From Ostreococcus lucimarinus (lineage: Eukaryota): a stretch of 64,000 nt of DNA. Below, in pieces: positions 29,101 through 39,160 of the stretch (its first letter is position 1; each line of letters begins with the position of its first letter). Made by a program: the position numbers and the translations under genes. A model generated the notes under the pieces. The model saw only the letters and a program-made list of their open reading frames with translations. It was not told where the DNA came from and ran no database searches. The stretch lies in assembly GCA_000092065.1 (NCBI GenBank), contig CP000582.1; one strand, written 5' to 3'.

Positions 29101-32100
29101 GTTTGTACCCTTGATGAGACCTCATGAAATCAGACTACGTCATGGTACTACTGTATTCTCTACTCAAGCGATAAACTCAGCGATATCAGAAGCTTCACAT
29201 GGTACCTTGATCGCATTGATGTCACAGCTGCGAGAAGTGCATAAAGCGGTACCAATGCATTTGAGAAACTCCACGGATCTTATTCTTTCGGTGATGTTCC
29301 AAATTTTCATGAGAGCATGCAAGCGTCAAGATATCCAAAATGATGAGTTGCTTCGACTTAAAATCTTGCGGTCAAATTCGCTTCGGATGATTGCGCGCAT
29401 TATACCGATTGTGAAGTTCGAAGGTATAGAGCGCCATTGGCTCGATGCGAGTGAATGTTTGATAAATACTGTTAAGGGCTTGGAAAACGAATGCTCCGGC
29501 TCACAAGAACCCGCAGTGCTGTGCCTGCTTTCTTCAATCACACAACGTGTAGATCTCATCAAACTCCTCGAAACTCCCACCGGTCACAAACTTCTCGAAT
29601 ATGTTTTCGCTGTATTGAGCAGCCCAAAGACATCTGAACCATGTAGAAGAACAATTTTGAGCATGATCACCATGCTCCTCAACTCCGTAAATTCTGAGTT
29701 GGGTAATGATTGCACTGTCGCAAATCTGTCCGAAAAAATCGCTGCAGGCGTTCGTATGTCACTTATAAACGAGCTAAAACGCGGAAGAATACCGACATCA
29801 AAGCAATTTGGCGAAGATATGCTCTCTGAAATTCAGATTCTTGAACAATTAAGCAAATTTGAACGCTGCAGTCCGTGGAATATTTGTATGTTCAAAGATG
29901 TGTTAGAGATGGCGTGTACGAAACGTCTGAACAGTGGAAAACGTACTGAGTTGCTCGTTATGTTAAACTCTATACTTTCAGCACTATCTTTGGATGAGCA
30001 ACTCAGACGTGAGTCAGTTGAGAGGTTAGCATTTTTATATGCGACATTGAGAGCACCGTGCTCTAGGAGAGCATTGTTAGATCTCTTCAAAGCACTCGAT
30101 TATTCGCAAGACGGATATAGAGTTCGCATACTTCATGATTTGAATGCTTACTTGGATGGGCGCATTGGCGAAGTGGATCACGGTAGAAGAATTCGGGCAT
30201 ACGCCAAGTTGCAATCACGCTGGGGTGGAGAAGATGAAACATCAATGCAACTGTGGATTTATAACTCGCTGCATGATATATGTTCAAATGACAGCATTCT
30301 TCGTAATTCTGCAAAACTATTGATATATCGGTGTTTGGAAGTTGGTTCAACAGCGTCCTACAACTTCCAGCATGGGCCAAGTTCACGGCTAGTGGTGAAC
30401 ACTGTGTTGCCCTGGGTCGCAGAGCTACTCGGTAGACGGGACCCTCTTATTCGCAATTGTGGTATAGAACTATTAAGATATGCGGTGGTCCGAGGGCATA
30501 TTCTTGATTTTTGCTGTTTGTGTGATCAGAATGAAGAAGTCGATGTATTTCTGAACCTGTGCCACATCCAATCTCACAGGAGAGCCCGGGCAATACGACA
30601 ACTGCATGCGCCTGAAGTTTTAAGCTCTGTGGAGCCCAGACTATATTGGACGTATGTGATTCCTCTTTTCATGGTGTTTTTGGGCGATCCAAGTGCAGAT
30701 GTCGCAGCTACGGCCGTAGATGCTTTGGGTCACACGGTAAAAATACTCGAGTCTGCGGAATATGTCAAGGTTATTTGCCGCCTGTTGCACCTTGCGCACA
30801 GGGCCTCAGAATTACAGAAATTTCATCTGCGCGGTGCGACTTGCATGCTAGAAAATTTGAGAACACACTATGAACCTTACGGCGATTTTGATGATCGGTT
30901 AGTTCGCCGTGGTGAAGCGGCAGATTTGGGGGCTTTATATTCCACTGCACTTCCACTGGCACAGGCATGTATTACTTTGAGACGTGACGCTCAAAGTAGC
31001 GAACAAGGCTCAAGTCAATATCTACAGACAAGTGCAATTTCATGTGTTTCGAGTATGTTGGCACTTTTTGATCATGAAAAATCCGAAGCAGGGACACTTT
31101 GTATGCTCAAGTTCATCATCGAAAACATGAGCAGTCGGTCAGAGAAGTTGCGCGATAATGCAATGACAGCTCTCAAGTTCATTTCAATCAAATTGGGCGA
31201 AAGGCACTTGCCGTTGATCATTCGTGTTCTGCGAAATGGACGGACAACAGGCTTCCATCTCCATGTTCTCGGCAAAGCGATTCATGTGTTAGTGAGTAAC
31301 TGTGTGAACATGTCTCCAGAAATCGCCACAGTCGTTTTTGTGGAAATTGTTCCTACCCTGCAAGCAAATCTCTTCGGAAGCGCGCGAGATCGTATGGATT
31401 CAAAATCTACCAAACCCGTTGTTGAGGCTAAACCAAGTTATTCCTTGAAAACCATAAGCTTAATTGCCGCACTTTTGAAGGACGGAGATTCTTTGATCAA
31501 GTTTGTTCGTACATTTGTTAGGATGCTACCAGAGTCACCAGACAGCAGAAGTCAAAAGAATTTCGAGCTAATTTTACACGCTTTACATGAAGGATTGTTG
31601 CGAAATGCAAGTCTAGGGGTTCAAAATCTTACTTATCTTGCTGGTTCGCTCGTTGAAGAATACATCACTTCCTCCACCGTGGATACCGATTGTGATACGG
31701 ACACAAGTTTGCTTGCGTCAGAGTATTGTGTGAAAATTCATCAATTCGCAATCAGTTTACTATATGATGCACTCAAGTGTGCGGAAAAATTGCGTGATGA
31801 AAGACTTCCATGTGAAAGCGACCTCGAGGCTTTGAAAACGACGATCGCTTTGATGATGCGATGCTTGCTGAGCACGTCATATGAAGTACAGGTCGGGGCA
31901 ACGCGCATCTTAGCAAAACTTTTACGCTCCGGCTTGCTCGCGAAAGAAATTTCCGCAGAAAACTTAACTAAACGGATTATTCGTACACTTAAGTCGTGCA
32001 AGTCTGTGAAAGACCATCTTGCTCAGAACTGCTTGAAGATCCTTGCACACATTATGAAAACTCATCACCAGATAACACTCACATTGCCACAAGTGTCGTT

Positions 32101-33493
32101 TGTGCTGTCATTTTCATTTAAAAATTTGTCAGATGATGCGCAGGACCTGAAAAACTCGTTTCTGTTACTCAATTCTCTCATATCGCGGAGAGTGGTCCAG
32201 AACGACATGTATGCTCTTATGCATGAACTACTGTTGACGATTGCGAAGGGTCAATCGATGCAAGTTCGAAGTATGTGTTCGCACGTATTCATTCGTTTCG
32301 TGTTATCGTATCCCATTGGTGAGAGGAAAGTAGAAGATATGCTTCGAACGCTGATTTCTTCTTTAGAATATCCTCAAGCAGACGGTCGCATGTCTGTGCT
32401 GTCAACGATACATGCACTTCTTTTGAAGTTGCCCGAAGTCGCTCTCAAATCTAACGGGCCTCTCTTCTTCTTTCCACTAGTGCTCCGCGTTGCATCAGAT
32501 ACGCATTCACAGTGCAGTGAGTTGGCAAATAGAGCACTCGATTGCTTATTTTCACGAGTCGATGAGACGCAAATGATGAAATTTCTCTCTTGTACGATCG
32601 TATGGTCAAAAAGGCAAGATATGCTTCAACGTGCGGCATACCAAGTTTTACTGTTGGGATTTTCTAGACATGCCAGTATTACATTTGAAGTGTACTCGCA
32701 AGTTGAAGGTCACATGATAAAAAGAATACGTGCGGCTCTTCAACGTAAAGACGGAGTGGACTGGTCTATTACGTATTGTCAGCTGATTTGCTTTGAACGG
32801 GCAGTCAGCCATCGAAGTCAATGTCTGGATAGTGAGCATTCAGACGCATTCAGCAGTGAAGCTGATTTCGCAATGGTACACATCCTTCCACACGCCGTTT
32901 CTTACGATCATCTTTGGATTCAGGCATCTGCGTTGCGCGTTCTCAGATCTTACCTTCAGGCCGAAACTCGAATGGAAAAGTCTTTCACAATATTGTCTGA
33001 CGTCAATATTGAACTCATCGTTGATGCATTGATTACGGTCATTGAACGACAATCACGAACTAAGAAAGTCGAGCATGCAAACATGGGCGATGTTTTGTTA
33101 TGTTTGACGGCAATCATGACTTCAGTACACGCAAAGGCGATCAGCGAAAAATATAGTTCACAAATATTCCATAGACTTCATAAGTCCGCTTTTTCGTCCC
33201 CAGAGCTCAAGCGTACAATACTCCAATCGATGGCTGCTTTAGTCTCCGCAAACAAATCGCCAATTGATTCGAGTAACATGGTATTATATCATGCATTGCT
33301 TTTATCTTATCATTGCATGGATCGAACAATAGAAGGTTGCGACACCAAGGAAGACTTACAGAGCTATGCAATCGCAGGAGACATATTTTCCAGTCTGCAG
33401 CTGATACTGCCTCCCGAGATTTTTCTTGTGATGTTCGAGCGTGTGAAAACTGACTTAACTAAGAAAGGAAGAAGCGGTACTGTGATTAGCTAG
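26195..33493 (+). CDS. Large (2432 aa) alpha-helical HEAT/ARM-repeat protein, intronless ORF. A nucleolar pre-rRNA-processing scaffold (UTP20/URB1-type) is a guess only. The 5' exon(s) may lie in 25745..26194.
   Basis: Uninterrupted 7.3-kb ORF with leucine-rich helical repeat character throughout. No catalytic motifs. Confidence 0.5.
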   Translation: MCRQPVADQLTAINIAPYPDSAFDLNVRQQAFGTCLQHALLHWQELCCSNDFNSFAAKASIRCLSLPQLILHKKEVMGALLNGIRSGKCYSLEALFHCLVAIAKDLGASFVTYFPLSVEAITCCLEGTMELDANHVESAFRCLATLCTLLWRSGKVTMLHILECTRHIRNHPKQHVRKLAAQAVAPAVRSSTNEIILASVRNLIMEHSILCESSQQEHRIEATTFMLHYIAVGHASALHSKSDSVLRAVFDPDFVPEVRGTVRLVIVQNLLVSLDASLPKSAFKELWNSFLHVISSCAAQVGNKNISEVMYLSEIAISICSTRFELCTDSYNKLSDFVHAYFLFCTTSAKPVEQSSVTTFVRLLAALSSRNEFKAMPVLTSFPWCDLIRTIDNSSITLILRVLIQNIELGCVTAHYMSEALLIDSSHLIFLRGFENSLMLGKIIQKVAEFSKDLHSKLMRIDDALLKWHFECKLTSLDFSEIWSTLQILPYFADTRLVQSVITTMVSYVKRSKEASVDQNALSSGASALLMSSLEADILCRELDTSSNCKFSFELIRFTLSCRISSPAVWSSLARLTSLIIRRADEIPAELMPSDLTECIRSQNRLLRVSVLEYLAIIANNHMGMSPKSTECVTAFLYMNRLSRDSGSILEYSRKSINLIRSLTRKLSDFDASDHVAVLNMALGALYLRFNPLWDPLVELIGVLSGSDSTALQLLQAEILRTKQEVIADHDVQETIILFPTDSDQTRDEVCEALNPQERSVEQSQRLQLLITSLQYCTLMDQTFVLDLFLDVYSVCRRNEYRYVATRYSGIILALLKLMQSKDEVRSLLLRTKLDAHQLYEGVFTALKALVGDDNANLASEALKCMGLLKLDYLPNIRVSQLCLLTDVQSVKRALTSIQFEEGSEDSEVSHEFPKIQERHREDVISIIVSILSKYILSGKTSFSSLKSIILRWFSCLRCAEMEPFIHGLFVPLMRPHEIRLRHGTTVFSTQAINSAISEASHGTLIALMSQLREVHKAVPMHLRNSTDLILSVMFQIFMRACKRQDIQNDELLRLKILRSNSLRMIARIIPIVKFEGIERHWLDASECLINTVKGLENECSGSQEPAVLCLLSSITQRVDLIKLLETPTGHKLLEYVFAVLSSPKTSEPCRRTILSMITMLLNSVNSELGNDCTVANLSEKIAAGVRMSLINELKRGRIPTSKQFGEDMLSEIQILEQLSKFERCSPWNICMFKDVLEMACTKRLNSGKRTELLVMLNSILSALSLDEQLRRESVERLAFLYATLRAPCSRRALLDLFKALDYSQDGYRVRILHDLNAYLDGRIGEVDHGRRIRAYAKLQSRWGGEDETSMQLWIYNSLHDICSNDSILRNSAKLLIYRCLEVGSTASYNFQHGPSSRLVVNTVLPWVAELLGRRDPLIRNCGIELLRYAVVRGHILDFCCLCDQNEEVDVFLNLCHIQSHRRARAIRQLHAPEVLSSVEPRLYWTYVIPLFMVFLGDPSADVAATAVDALGHTVKILESAEYVKVICRLLHLAHRASELQKFHLRGATCMLENLRTHYEPYGDFDDRLVRRGEAADLGALYSTALPLAQACITLRRDAQSSEQGSSQYLQTSAISCVSSMLALFDHEKSEAGTLCMLKFIIENMSSRSEKLRDNAMTALKFISIKLGERHLPLIIRVLRNGRTTGFHLHVLGKAIHVLVSNCVNMSPEIATVVFVEIVPTLQANLFGSARDRMDSKSTKPVVEAKPSYSLKTISLIAALLKDGDSLIKFVRTFVRMLPESPDSRSQKNFELILHALHEGLLRNASLGVQNLTYLAGSLVEEYITSSTVDTDCDTDTSLLASEYCVKIHQFAISLLYDALKCAEKLRDERLPCESDLEALKTTIALMMRCLLSTSYEVQVGATRILAKLLRSGLLAKEISAENLTKRIIRTLKSCKSVKDHLAQNCLKILAHIMKTHHQITLTLPQVSFVLSFSFKNLSDDAQDLKNSFLLLNSLISRRVVQNDMYALMHELLLTIAKGQSMQVRSMCSHVFIRFVLSYPIGERKVEDMLRTLISSLEYPQADGRMSVLSTIHALLLKLPEVALKSNGPLFFFPLVLRVASDTHSQCSELANRALDCLFSRVDETQMMKFLSCTIVWSKRQDMLQRAAYQVLLLGFSRHASITFEVYSQVEGHMIKRIRAALQRKDGVDWSITYCQLICFERAVSHRSQCLDSEHSDAFSSEADFAMVHILPHAVSYDHLWIQASALRVLRSYLQAETRMEKSFTILSDVNIELIVDALITVIERQSRTKKVEHANMGDVLLCLTAIMTSVHAKAISEKYSSQIFHRLHKSAFSSPELKRTILQSMAALVSANKSPIDSSNMVLYHALLLSYHCMDRTIEGCDTKEDLQSYAIAGDIFSSLQLILPPEIFLVMFERVKTDLTKKGRSGTVIS

Positions 33494-33785
33494 TTACCTT
33501 CGCGATCGTTTGTATGATATTTGTATTTAGAGAAACGTAGTCGAGTTGTCCCTTTACCACACCACAATTCAACATCCTCAGACTTCGCCTCTTCTCAACG
33601 CTACGATTTCATCATCGACCAAATCGACATCACGCGTTCATTCACATAACGTTCTCAGGTTCGAGCAGCCTCGTTAATTTTTTGGCGCCGCGAAAAATAG
33701 CGGTCGACACGTTCTCCAACCGAACACAAGATACGAAAAGCGCTTAACACAGAAAGGTAGGCACGCAGTATCTACACGCTTCCGC

Positions 33786-35111
33786 GTGCAGTTCAAGTGG
33801 CGTTCCAACATGGGTAGAACAAGTGTTGCGTCACCCATCTGCTCGTCCATCCACATCCTGAGCTCAAACTGCCAGCTACTTTTGTCCAGGGACTGGCGGG
33901 GAGAGGTGCCGTCTGAATGCTTGAAACGATTAATACAGGATCTTGCGAACAATTTAGAGAACTCTGTCTCCGCTCCAATCGTTGCCGATAGTCAATCTGA
34001 TCTTCGTCTCATGTTCGTTCCGCACAACGATTTAATTATCGCATGCGTTGCGGCAAGCAGCGCCGACATCGGGACTGTTTTTACTTTCCTCCACAGACTA
34101 GTAGGCATATTCTGTGCATATTTTGAGTCTTTCATGGAAGAATCTGTGCGTGATAATTTCGTTATCATATATGAGCTACTCGATGAGGTTGTCGATAACG
34201 GTTATCCTCAGCTTACAGAACCTGCAGTCCTTGGGGAGTTCATCAAAATCCGTGCTCACCGTCTTGAGGCACCAAGCCTGCCTTCAGCTGCTACCAATAC
34301 AATTTCATGGCGAAAGAACGGGATTTTTTACAAAAAGAACGAAGTCTTCTTAGATGTTATTGAGAGATGCAGCTTATTAGTCGATGGAAATGGAAAGGAA
34401 ACGCATTCACAACTTACAGGGACTCTTACTGTACGCTCTCAGTTGTCTGGCCTACCAGTGTGTCAGCTCAGTCTCAACGAACGAGCTACACGGAAAGCCT
34501 TCGACTCTTCGCCAAGTGGTCATGGGTTTCTTGAGGATATGACTTTCCATCCTTGCGTCGATCTGGCGACGTTCAGGATGAAACACCTCCTGTGCTTTAC
34601 TCCGCCTGATGGAAAATTTGACCTCATGACATACCGCACGCTCCACCCTGCAAAGCCACTCATCAATATCAATGCGACAATGTCATCGACAAACTCCAGC
34701 AGAATAGAGTATGCTGTCAGTCTTTCGACTCTCTTTAAAGAACAAAATATTGCTAGTAACATTCAGGTTGAGATTCCTGTGAGCCCTGATACAACTTCTC
34801 CAGAAATTCAGTGTAGCTGTGGCACTGTTGTGTACGATCCCGAGAAAGATGCACTTTTGTGGACGCTTCGAAATATCAAGGGTAAACGAGAATTCAAGTT
34901 ACAGGCTAAACTATGCGTACCATCCACTGGAATTGTAACTCAGTCTCCTGGAATGACTCCGGTGAGAGTTACTTTTGAGATTCCTTACAATACAGCGAGT
35001 GGCTTGCAGGTAAAATATCTCAAGGTTGTAGAAAAAGATGGCTATAGTGCTTTGCCTTGGGTACGTTACATAACACGCTCAAACGGTTATGAATTCCGAT
35101 TCAGAAAATGA
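33786..35111 (+). CDS. Adaptor protein complex medium (mu) subunit, AP-1/AP-2-mu-like; likely start MGRTSV at 33813
   Basis: N-terminal longin-like domain (ILSSNCQLLLSRDWRGEV; EESVRDNFVIIYELLDEVVDNGYPQ) nearly identical to AP-1/AP-2 mu signature motifs. C-terminal mu-homology domain ending WVRYITRSNGYEFR. Confidence 0.8.
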   Translation: MQFKWRSNMGRTSVASPICSSIHILSSNCQLLLSRDWRGEVPSECLKRLIQDLANNLENSVSAPIVADSQSDLRLMFVPHNDLIIACVAASSADIGTVFTFLHRLVGIFCAYFESFMEESVRDNFVIIYELLDEVVDNGYPQLTEPAVLGEFIKIRAHRLEAPSLPSAATNTISWRKNGIFYKKNEVFLDVIERCSLLVDGNGKETHSQLTGTLTVRSQLSGLPVCQLSLNERATRKAFDSSPSGHGFLEDMTFHPCVDLATFRMKHLLCFTPPDGKFDLMTYRTLHPAKPLININATMSSTNSSRIEYAVSLSTLFKEQNIASNIQVEIPVSPDTTSPEIQCSCGTVVYDPEKDALLWTLRNIKGKREFKLQAKLCVPSTGIVTQSPGMTPVRVTFEIPYNTASGLQVKYLKVVEKDGYSALPWVRYITRSNGYEFRFRK

Positions 35112-35146
35112 GCTTCCCTTTACACAACTGTGTTGCAGTTAATTAG

Positions 35147-35701
35147 TCAACAAGAAAGACCAAAAACAGCTGCCACTAGTGAAACATCAACCCGAACTGG
35201 CATTCGGGGCATCGTCTTCCCATTGTCATACCTCGATCGAATCAATGAATCTATCGCGAATAGATTATCTAGTATCATCTTCAGATCCGCTTGTGAGACA
35301 TCAGCACCGGTGCGTGCACACTCGAAACGTTCTAGTAAAGTGGTATTTTCTTTAAGCAGCTTTTCAATGCTTAGAATAGCAGGCTCCCCATCGCCTCTCG
35401 AATAGCCGAGACCAAGTGTGTCCGTTCCGACTCCCACATTCGTCGCGTGGGAATTAAATCGACGCATTTCGATGAAATCGCCCAGAGGGAGCTTGGAGGA
35501 AAACTGCGCAGTTGGTATTTCAGAGTTGCCCTTAAGCCAGCGGACGCGAATAGCGACGTCGCGCGCGAGTTTGTTGGGTAGAAGAGCCGCAATAGAAACA
35601 CATGTTGCTAGGTGCGATGTTTGCGGATCACTGGCTGAACGCCTCAGCTCTTGCGCCAATATGCGCGATTCAGTCTCTGTCCAGGTATTCCGGGACCCCA
35701 T
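35147..35701 (-). CDS. Hypothetical protein (184 aa)
   Basis: Clean ORF between the AP-mu and BiP genes. No confident motif (a possible SANT-like WTETESRILAQEL stretch). Confidence 0.3.
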   Translation of the reverse strand: MGSRNTWTETESRILAQELRRSASDPQTSHLATCVSIAALLPNKLARDVAIRVRWLKGNSEIPTAQFSSKLPLGDFIEMRRFNSHATNVGVGTDTLGLGYSRGDGEPAILSIEKLLKENTTLLERFECARTGADVSQADLKMILDNLFAIDSLIRSRYDNGKTMPRMPVRVDVSLVAAVFGLSC

Positions 35702-35896
35702 GCGCGCGACTGGTTATCCCCGTTAGAAAAGCGTCAATCGTCCTACAAGGAGAACATGTGGGCACGCAAGATACCGATGCGCACGAAGCACTTGCCTTGA
35801 ACACGCTTTCTCTCCCGTTCGTGCGAGAAGCGAGTTGCTCGTTCACAGGGTCTTGCCAAGTCAGGAGGTTTTGTGCTTATTGTACTCTTTGGGGGG

Positions 35897-35960
35897 TAAC
35901 CTATAGGCGAGGTGTATGTAACCAGTCACTATAAAGTGCCTACTGGTAGGTTACGATTCC
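35897..35960. repeat. Second, degenerate copy of the 5'-end palindromic motif (ggtaacctataggcga...cactataaagtgcctactggtaggttacgattcc) in the BiP upstream region
   Basis: Shares taaagtgcctaNNNggttacgattc and gtaacctaNNggc with 58..96. Confidence 0.5.
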
Positions 35961-36169
35961 ACATTACCTATATGGTACGTGGAATATGTACTTTACTTCA
36001 TATGTTGAAAAAACACGCAAAAGCGAGAGTTCTCCCGACGCACGACCAATCATTTTTCACTATTTAGAAAAATGCTTGATTTTGATTGGCTACGTGATGA
36101 GCTCGCACGCTTCAAGGAGCCACGAGCGCACCGCTCGGCAGACTGCGACGCGATCACCCTTTCGACAAG

Positions 36170-38158
36170 ATGCCGATCAAAAGAGCGTCATACCGCAACG
36201 CGGTGGTGTGCGCTTGCGCTTCTCTTTTCCTCTTCGCCGTTTGCGCTTTGCCAATCAACGCCGAAAATCCTACTGAAATCACGGGCACGGTGATCGGCAT
36301 AGATCTCGGCACGACGTACTCTTGCGTTGGTGCATACGTAAACGGTAAAGTCGAGATCATCGCTAATGATCAAGGGAACAGAATCACACCATCTTACGTC
36401 GCATTCACCGATTCTGAAAGACTAATCGGAGATTCGGCCAAGAACCAGGCGTCTGCCAATCCTACTCGGACGGTGTTTGATGCAAAGCGGCTCATCGGCC
36501 GAAAATTCACGGACAAAGAAGTACAACGCGATCTTAAGATGTTCCCATTCAAAGTTGTGGACAAAGACAGTAAGCCATGCATTGAAGTTGAACTCAAAGA
36601 AGGCAAGAAGGTTTTCCAGGCTGAAGAAATTTCAGCGATGGTTCTCACGAAGATGAAGGAGACCGCCGAGGCGTACCTGGGTAAGGATATCAAACACGCC
36701 GTCGTAACTGTCCCAGCGTATTTCAACGACGCACAGCGTCAAGCGACAAAAGATGCTGGTGTTATCGCTGGCTTAAACGTCGCCCGCATCATTAACGAAC
36801 CCACAGCTGCGGCGATTGCATATGGGTTGGACAAGAAAGGCGAGAAAAACATTCTTGTTTTTGATCTCGGAGGAGGTACGTTCGACGTATCGATTCTCAC
36901 GATCGACAACGGTGTTTTTGAAGTCATCTCCACGAACGGAGATACTCATTTAGGCGGTGAGGACTTCGATCAACGTATCATGGAATATTTCATGAAACTC
37001 ATCAAGCGCAAGCACGGCAAGGACGTATCAGGCGACGTGAAGGCTGTGCAAAAGCTTAGACGTGAAGCCGAAAGGGCTAAGCGAACTCTTTCCAATCAAC
37101 ATCAAGTGCGAGTCGAAATCGAAGCTCTTTTCGATGGGATCGATTTCTCTGAACCCCTTACTCGCGCCCGATTTGAAGAGCTGAACAACGACCTCTTCCG
37201 CAAGACCATGGGACCTGTCAAAAAAGCCATGGATGACGCGGGCATGAAGAAGAGCGAAATCGACGAAATTGTGTTGGTCGGTGGTTCGACTCGAATCCCG
37301 AAGGTTCAGGACCTCCTTCGAGACTTCTTCGACGGCAAGGAACCAAACAGAGGAGTCAATCCTGACGAAGCTGTTGCGTACGGCGCCGCTGTGCAAGGTG
37401 GAATACTTTCGGGTGAAGGCGGCGATGAAACCAAAGATATCCTCTTATTAGACGTGGCACCGCTTACTCAAGGTATTGAAACTGTTGGAGGAGTTATGAC
37501 GAAGCTCATCCCCCGTAATACGGTTATCCCAACTAAGAAGTCACAAACTTTCACCACTTATCAGGACAACCAGCAGACGGTAATGATCCAGGTTTTCGAA
37601 GGCGAACGAGCGATGACTAAAGATAATCATCTTTTGGGTAAGTTCGAGCTCACCTCAATCCCTCCAGCTCCTCGCGGTGTGCCTCAGATTGAGGTCACTT
37701 TTGAAATCGACGCAAATGGCATCCTGAACGTTGGCGCTGAAGACAAGGGAACAGGCAAATCAGAAAAGATCACCATAACGAACGACAAAGGACGGTTGTC
37801 GCAAGAAGAAATTGAGCGCATGGTCGAAGAAGCAGAAGAATTTGCGGAAGAGGATAGGAAGACGAAGGAACGCATTGACTCGCGTAATAGTCTTGAGACG
37901 TTTGCGTACAACATGAAAAACACGATTTCTGACTCCGACAAACTCGCTGACAAGCTCGACGACGACGACAAAAACACGATTGAGGAAGCAGTCAAAGAGA
38001 CTCTTGACTGGTTGGATGAAAATCAAAGCGCTGAAAAAGAAGACTACGACGAACAGCTGAAGCAGCTCGAAGAAGTCTGCAACCCTATTGTGGCCAAAGC
38101 GTATCAGAGCGCGGAAACGGACGATTCGGAGACTGTTGACGAACACGACGAACTTTAA
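36170..38158 (+). CDS. HSPA5: ER-lumenal Hsp70 chaperone BiP/GRP78, with signal peptide and C-terminal HDEL
   Basis: Signal peptide [31 protein letters not shown]. Hsp70 signatures: [38 protein letters not shown]. The protein ends ...VDEHDEL. Intronless. Confidence 0.9.
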   Translation: MPIKRASYRNAVVCACASLFLFAVCALPINAENPTEITGTVIGIDLGTTYSCVGAYVNGKVEIIANDQGNRITPSYVAFTDSERLIGDSAKNQASANPTRTVFDAKRLIGRKFTDKEVQRDLKMFPFKVVDKDSKPCIEVELKEGKKVFQAEEISAMVLTKMKETAEAYLGKDIKHAVVTVPAYFNDAQRQATKDAGVIAGLNVARIINEPTAAAIAYGLDKKGEKNILVFDLGGGTFDVSILTIDNGVFEVISTNGDTHLGGEDFDQRIMEYFMKLIKRKHGKDVSGDVKAVQKLRREAERAKRTLSNQHQVRVEIEALFDGIDFSEPLTRARFEELNNDLFRKTMGPVKKAMDDAGMKKSEIDEIVLVGGSTRIPKVQDLLRDFFDGKEPNRGVNPDEAVAYGAAVQGGILSGEGGDETKDILLLDVAPLTQGIETVGGVMTKLIPRNTVIPTKKSQTFTTYQDNQQTVMIQVFEGERAMTKDNHLLGKFELTSIPPAPRGVPQIEVTFEIDANGILNVGAEDKGTGKSEKITITNDKGRLSQEEIERMVEEAEEFAEEDRKTKERIDSRNSLETFAYNMKNTISDSDKLADKLDDDDKNTIEEAVKETLDWLDENQSAEKEDYDEQLKQLEEVCNPIVAKAYQSAETDDSETVDEHDEL

Positions 38159-38276
38159 TGTCTGTTCACGGTGGCACGCTTGAAGATTGCAACGCGTAAG
38201 AGACGTAAGAGATTGAGTAGCATGATTTTGTATTAAGCAGTGCCTTCATCCTTCCATGTTTTCGTTTACATCTGAG

Positions 38277-39130
38277 CTATCCCGCCCTCAACCGTACAGA
38301 GTGCCGTTGAATCAGAATGCCGTTGAATCGATCAATGCCCTCTTCGCTAAACTTAGTACCACAGAGTTTAAAAAATGTGAAAGCAGTCAGCAAACTATCA
38401 CTTCCAGCTTGATGTTGTGGACCAATCCTCTCTACTTGCAATAAATCAGCGAGTTTGTTCAGTCCACCGTGTATATTGCCTAGTCGCTTCATCATGAGTT
38501 TCATATCGTAAACTTGTGGGAAGTACTGGTTCAACAGCTCAAAGAACTCGCTTTCTTTTTCTGGAAGTTCTTTACAAGTTGGCAGTTTCAGCAAGTACCC
38601 GAAATCGTAGCCACTGTGAAATGTGATCCAACTCTCTTCATCATTCAATACTACATCACTGACCATCAACAACTCCCCAAACTTTTTGACGTCGATACCG
38701 CGCACTTCGAAGGTAACAAAATCAATGCCGCTTTGTTTCAAAAGCTCTATTGAGTCGCGCGCGTATACATCTTCCCGGAGGCTGAACTCTTTGAAATTGA
38801 ATTGCCAGATACAGTATTGACCATTTACGTGTGCAAGATGTCCGTCGCCGTCAGTGAATGTCAGCCCTAACTGTATAAAGCATATCAACGTTGCAACGCA
38901 GCATGTGATAGTGAAAATCGGACTGTATATAGGGTTGAAAGCCCTTGACTATTGACTTCGTATATTGCGAGGAATTACGGTCTATGTATTCTCCGTTTCG
39001 GCGAATCCAGCTAAAAACGCTTCGGCACAGTTTTTGTGCCGTTGAGCGTCCAGAGGCGTGCTAGCTGAAGTCGGAACAACAACGCCCACCATCGGGTAGC
39101 CACTAGAACACAATAGTAACATCTGCATCA
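38277..39130 (-). CDS. CCR4-NOT deadenylase subunit CAF1/POP2 (CNOT7/8-like), with an apparent frame discontinuity near 38886-38895
   Basis: ORF 38277..38888 gives ICFIQLGLTF...HSGYDFGYLLK...GPQHQAGSDSLLT (DEDDh nuclease motifs). Immediately upstream, in a different frame, SDFHYHMLRCNVDML aligns with the conserved ADYQYQLLRCNVDLL. The two frames differ by +1 with no room for an intron. The 5' end beyond ~39000 is unresolved. Confidence 0.6.
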
Positions 39131-39160
39131 TAATCTAATCTGTCATTTGGTTATCGAACA

